Source of the DNA: a virus
DNA length: 64,000 nt
Reading direction: 5' to 3' (one strand)
Virus record (IMG/VR): IMGVR_UViG_3300033153_008203
Location: 1-64,000 of that record
Below the pieces are notes generated by a model, which saw nothing but the letters and a program-made list of their open reading frames with translations, was not told where the DNA came from and searched no databases. Positions within the stretch are counted from its first letter, which is position 1. Every line of letters begins with the position of its first letter. Positions 60,054 to 64,000 of the stretch are shown in pieces. The position numbers and the translations under genes are program-made.

Positions 60054-60467
60054 TTATAACAATAATAACAGTGTTAATAGTATACTGGCGCCTGCACTCT
60101 TGAAGTCAATCTTCCACCAAGGAAGCTCACCACAATCAACTGAATCTTCAACACAAGTTGAATACTTTTTTTTCCAGGCTCCTGCTTGCTTATCTTTTAT
60201 CTTAAAGTTATCATCGCACTTATCGTATTGCACAGAAAAATTGTCAGCTCTTTGTTTTTCTATTTCTAGTATATTGCTAAGAACTATGATCTTCTTGTTC
60301 TTAGTGATAATATTGTCTCTGCAAGCGCTAAACTCTGCGATAAGCTCTTTTGATTTTTCTATGTTTAGCTTTACTTTACTGTTACTTGCCATCGACGATG
60401 ATGTCGTCGCAAATATCAAAGCCAATATCACTAAACCCTTTACAAGCCTCTTCGACAGTCTTAACAT
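60054..60467 (-). CDS. membrane-anchored coiled-coil protein (spanin-like?)
   Basis: Signal-like N-terminus and C-terminal TM; overlaps previous gene; no lipobox seen. Confidence 0.5.
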   Translation of the reverse strand: MLRLSKRLVKGLVILALIFATTSSSMASNSKVKLNIEKSKELIAEFSACRDNIITKNKKIIVLSNILEIEKQRADNFSVQYDKCDDNFKIKDKQAGAWKKKYSTCVEDSVDCGELPWWKIDFKSAGASILLTLLLLL

Positions 60468-60822
60468 ATTCTAGCATCTCCATATAGTCTTTTGATTCTA
60501 CATCTCCACCACTGTTTAAAGCATCGTATGCTGTCCATAGGTCTTGAAGTTTTTTATCTAACTCTTTGTTATCTTTTTTTAATCTATTTATCCAGTCAAG
60601 ATTATCTTCAAGCTTTGGTTTATCTTTCTCTATTCGTAAAGCATCTTCAGAAAGCGTTAAAGCAGCCTCTAAACGATTAGACTTACCTCTATAGTGATTG
60701 GCTGACCAAGAAGTTGTTGCTATTCCAAGAATACAAAAGATAATAACAATGTCTTTCTTAGATAGGTTTAAATTCTTTAGAAAACCTGTTATATTATTAA
60801 CTATCGCTACGATATCAAACAT
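60382..60822 (-). CDS. i-spanin-like protein
   Basis: N-terminal TM followed by coiled coil, in lysis region. Confidence 0.5.
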   Translation of the reverse strand: MFDIVAIVNNITGFLKNLNLSKKDIVIIFCILGIATTSWSANHYRGKSNRLEAALTLSEDALRIEKDKPKLEDNLDWINRLKKDNKELDKKLQDLWTAYDALNSGGDVESKDYMEMLEYVKTVEEACKGFSDIGFDICDDIIVDGK

Positions 60823-60825
60823 TGT

Positions 60826-61059
60826 TTATTCCTTGTCTTTCCATGCTTTTATAAGCTCTATAAACATTGGAATCTTTTTCCAACCATTATATAGCAATAA
60901 AAAACCAAGTGCATAAAGATGGAGTATCTTAATATCTTCTCCAATCCACCATGTGTGTACAGCAGGGATAAGAGTTAACCACAGAGTTACTCTGCCGATA
61001 CTCATATTTTTATTCTTACCTTCACAAAATAACGTATTAGGCTTCCAGAAAATTGCCAT
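60826..61059 (-). CDS. putative holin
   Basis: ggagg RBS before ATG 61059; two TM segments, SIGRV motif, charged C-terminus. Confidence 0.55.
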   Translation of the reverse strand: MAIFWKPNTLFCEGKNKNMSIGRVTLWLTLIPAVHTWWIGEDIKILHLYALGFLLLYNGWKKIPMFIELIKAWKDKE

Positions 61060-61701
61060 CTTGCCCTCCAAGTCCAGGATTAAATTTATTACCTTTACTA
61101 TTGTTTTCTGTTTTAGTGATGATTTGCAGATTCGTATGTACATGAAAACCAGAAACCAGCTTACCTTGTAGTGGCACTATATGATCAACAACAAATTTCT
61201 CAGTACAGCCTGCAACTTTAGGGCTAGGTTGATTTCCTCACAGTCACAATAGATTTCTTTTATTTTGTCTATATCTGCCCATAACGGCATAGCATTTAGT
61301 TTTGCTGCTTGATATTTTCTGACCAAAGCATTTACTTTTCCCTTATTGTTTTGCCTATACTGTTTGCCATACTCTAATATTCTACGCTTATTCTTTACAT
61401 AGTATTCTGCAGAGTCATTAGGGTCCCTTTCATCATGATATTTTTTAAAACGCTCCTCATTGCTTTCTCTATATCTTTTACTGTATTCTAAAAAATATTC
61501 TCTATTATTTTTGCGATACTCTATGTAATAATCTTTATGTTTGTTTCTATAGGCCTTATTCTTTATTCTCATACATGCTTTGCATTCTGTTGCAATTCTT
61601 TTTTCATTCTTGCGACCTTTCCTAATATAGAATTCTTTCAATGCTAATTCAGGCCCATCTGTGTGTACACATTCATCTTTGTTCTTGCATACCTTAGTCA
61701 T
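61037..61701 (-). pseudogene. HNH homing endonuclease frameshifted near 61222
   Basis: ..EEINLA then, in the -1 frame, KVAGCTEKFVVDHIVPLQGKLVSGFHVHTNLQII..KGNKF. Confidence 0.85.
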
Positions 61702-62176
61702 TTTTAAATCCTATATCATCCATAAACTTGCATACAGGAAACGATGACCCTGGATCTACTTTACGATTTGGACAGAGTTCGCTGTGAGTGTTAATCGATT
61801 TTATCTCATGCCTATCACACAATCCTTTAACTAGCTCAACTCCAGCATTATATTGAGCTTTTCCTAAGTATGGTTCTTTAATTCTTTCTACGAATGTCCC
61901 ATATGTGTGTAGCCCTGCTACTAAGAATTCTACGCCTATACTGTTCATATTATGACCTTTGCAATGCCAAGCTACCTGATCATCTTCTCTACACTTGATA
62001 ATTACTCCTGTAGGGGTTATAAGATAATGTGCTGATAGACCTATTTTTTTAAGAAATTCCGGCGCATAATAATCGTTGCCTTCTGTATCTATAAATTCAC
62101 CCATACTGTGTATCACTATTAAGGAAGGCGTCTGTTTTCCTCCCCCATTGTCTGATGGTATATTTGCTACTCTCAT
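61694..62176 (-). CDS. N-acetylmuramoyl-L-alanine amidase (endolysin, Amidase_2)
   Basis: IVIHS, SAHYLI, AWHC, N..SIGVE, THSE..RKVDPG. Confidence 0.92.
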   Translation of the reverse strand: MRVANIPSDNGGGKQTPSLIVIHSMGEFIDTEGNDYYAPEFLKKIGLSAHYLITPTGVIIKCREDDQVAWHCKGHNMNSIGVEFLVAGLHTYGTFVERIKEPYLGKAQYNAGVELVKGLCDRHEIKSINTHSELCPNRKVDPGSSFPVCKFMDDIGFKND

Positions 62177-62184
62177 ACTGTCTC

Positions 62185-62541
62185 CTAATGATTGTAATAT
62201 ACTTCGCCGATAACTGCTAAGAACTGTGCTGAATTAATCGGCTTACTTATAACCATTATATTATGTTCTATGAAAGTCTGAAGCCCTCTACTGTCACTAT
62301 AAGAAATAATTATCGTAGTTTTTGGCGAGCACTTTTCTATCTTCTGAACCAAGTCTAAGCTATTCATGAATGGTAAACGACTATCTAATAAAATAGCATC
62401 AGGACTTTCATTTTCTATACGACTACAAACATCGGTTGACTTTAGCTCTTCCACTTTTGCATCGCTATACTCTTCATTAATCAAATTCTTTTCGTAATTT
62501 GAATAGAAGCTACTGGCATCTGTCACCCATATCGTACACAT
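62185..62541 (-). CDS. stand-alone response-regulator receiver domain
   Basis: PDAILLD..LP.M, IIIS, SKP. Confidence 0.8.
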   Translation of the reverse strand: MCTIWVTDASSFYSNYEKNLINEEYSDAKVEELKSTDVCSRIENESPDAILLDSRLPFMNSLDLVQKIEKCSPKTTIIISYSDSRGLQTFIEHNIMVISKPINSAQFLAVIGEVYYNH

Positions 62542-62542
62542 A

Positions 62543-62977
62543 TTAGAATCTCCATCCTACTAGCGCTGCGAAGAATCTTAGTAATGCCATTCCAGGATCA
62601 GATCCGGATAGCACTAGTACTATAAGAACCAGTATGATCCCAGCAAGCATTAGCTGCGCAGATAGTATCTTATTGTTTCCTACAAATTTAAAGAATCCAT
62701 CATTGCTTTTGTAGTCATCAAAATCTTTTATGTGGTTTTCAAGCTTCGTTGGTATACCACTCAATTCTTCTTCAAACTCTTTTAGTTTGACAGAGAACTC
62801 AGTAAACTCGCTGACTATACCTTGTAACTGCAAAAGCACGTCCCTAAACTCTTTGCTATGGACACCATACTTTACATATATATCCTGTATGCTATCATGA
62901 AGCTCTTTAAGCTTTACGTCATGAGCCTGTATCCATACTTCTACAGCAGCAACTCTACCACTTATATCATCTGCCAT
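62543..62977 (-). CDS. coiled-coil protein with C-terminal TM segments (possible holin/antiholin)
   Basis: Topology and location. Confidence 0.5.
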   Translation of the reverse strand: MADDISGRVAAVEVWIQAHDVKLKELHDSIQDIYVKYGVHSKEFRDVLLQLQGIVSEFTEFSVKLKEFEEELSGIPTKLENHIKDFDDYKSNDGFFKFVGNNKILSAQLMLAGIILVLIVLVLSGSDPGMALLRFFAALVGWRF

Positions 62978-63012
62978 AGCGTCATATCTCCTTTATCCAT
63001 TTATTAGTTAAA

Positions 63013-63336
63013 TTACGTTACAAATATATCAACATCTACATCTGTGCCAGTAATCTTTATACTAGCTACAGGGATCTTGTAGACTGAAAACGAAAATGTT
63101 TCAGATGCAGCGACAGGTATGCCCATCATTGATCCATGAACATCTTTTAAATGATTAAGGTAAATGGTTATTGGAGACGTATCATTGTTGGTAATGATTC
63201 CTGTTTTAGCAGGCCTACCAAAATCTATCTCAAAATTAACAGACACTTCTGTCGCGTCAGTCAAGTCGTTATAATACTGAGACATCTGTGTAGAAGGTAC
63301 CTTCCTATCTATTGGTTGTGTATATAGGGTTGCCAT
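63013..63336 (-). CDS. small beta protein, tandem paralog A
   Basis: Aligns end to end with 63357-63680. Confidence 0.7.
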   Translation of the reverse strand: MATLYTQPIDRKVPSTQMSQYYNDLTDATEVSVNFEIDFGRPAKTGIITNNDTSPITIYLNHLKDVHGSMMGIPVAASETFSFSVYKIPVASIKITGTDVDVDIFVT

Positions 63337-63356
63337 ACTTAATATCCTCTATTCTA

Positions 63357-63680
63357 TTATGTTACAAAAATATCAACGTTTACAGTACTTCCACTTGTTA
63401 TCTTGATCTCGCTTACATTCATTTCATATATAGTAAAAGAGAATGTTCCGCCAACATCAACAGGTACTGGTATCATTGTTCCTAGAATGTCTCTTGAGTA
63501 GTTAAGGTAAACAGATAATGCTCCTGTACCATTATTTACAACAAGCCCAGTCTTAGCAGCTCTACCAAGATCCTCATTAAAATCAACAGTTATCTCTGAA
63601 GCATGAGATATTCCATCGTAATACTGATACCTATATGTAGGTGGAACTGCTCTATCTATCTTTAGTGAATGCGAAGCCAT
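63357..63680 (-). CDS. small beta protein, tandem paralog B
   Basis: IDR.VP..QYY..GR.AKTG..VDIFVT shared. Confidence 0.7.
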   Translation of the reverse strand: MASHSLKIDRAVPPTYRYQYYDGISHASEITVDFNEDLGRAAKTGLVVNNGTGALSVYLNYSRDILGTMIPVPVDVGGTFSFTIYEMNVSEIKITSGSTVNVDIFVT

Positions 63681-63733
63681 GTCTATCTCCTTACTATAAT
63701 ATTAAAAATCTTTTTTAAGCGTTTGCCTAGTTA

Positions 63734-64000
63734 TTATGGGCGATACGGAGAACCAAACGAAATACCAAATCTATAGACTCTTAGGTCTTCTTGTGTAGCG
63801 TCTATAAAAGATATATCAGTACCATTAAGTGCTGCCAAAGCTGGCGTGGATATTGATGCTATACTTAAACCGCTTCCTTCTTGAGTCCAATCACTTCCAT
63901 CAAACCTATAAACTCTAAGATTATCTGCTGTACTGTCAATAAAAGCTACATCGGTACTATTTAATGCAGCTAATGCTGGACTCGTTGTTCCTGATATACT
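63734..64000 (-). CDS. 3' end of a beta-propeller repeat protein (partial)
   Basis: Two ~45-aa repeats PALAALN.TD..FID....LRVYRF. Confidence 0.7.
   Translation of the reverse strand, partial: SISGTTSPALAALNSTDVAFIDSTADNLRVYRFDGSDWTQEGSGLSIASISTPALAALNGTDISFIDATQEDLRVYRFGISFGSPYRP

Noticed and set aside
72-61171. Numerous short antisense or overlapping ORFs in the track (e.g. 72-359, 2594-2815, 51639-52169, 59935-60474)
   Set aside because: They are shadows of well-supported genes on the opposite strand or frame, with no RBS or recognisable motifs.
1-64000. Genome-wide TAG stop-codon reassignment
   Set aside because: Many genes end in TAG directly before the next RBS or start, and long genes are intact in the standard code; only one suspicious internal TAG was seen.

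Overview
AT-rich, gene-dense segment of a large tailed dsDNA bacteriophage genome; no rRNA, tRNA or CRISPR array seen. About 1-43.2 kb is on the + strand: many small hypothetical genes, a lytic transglycosylase, SpoVG, a Ycf46-like AAA/DUF1257/DUF2997 module, a MoxR-vWA pair, two radical-SAM proteins, class II RNR, RecA, a three-piece DnaE with a naturally split intein, a primase-helicase fusion, dCTP deaminase and an HslV-like protease. About 43.2-64 kb is on the - strand: RusA, a sigma factor, a Cas4-like nuclease, a glycan-modification cluster, an actin-like ATPase, probable virion proteins and a lysis region. The standout is a minimal retron-type reverse transcriptase (20522-21268) preceded by a GC-rich, structured ~380-nt non-coding region with retron a1/a2-like ends. 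The predicted template half of that region holds 13 different 6-bp palindromes (restriction/methylation-type sites) in about 147 nt, like a natural polylinker, which suggests an RM decoy or a methyltransferase sensor. Also notable are several decayed homing endonucleases, a shared GTTTAATAYTATA motif upstream of endonuclease genes, and a stand-alone receiver domain beside the endolysin. All product calls come from motif recognition by eye, not from database searches.
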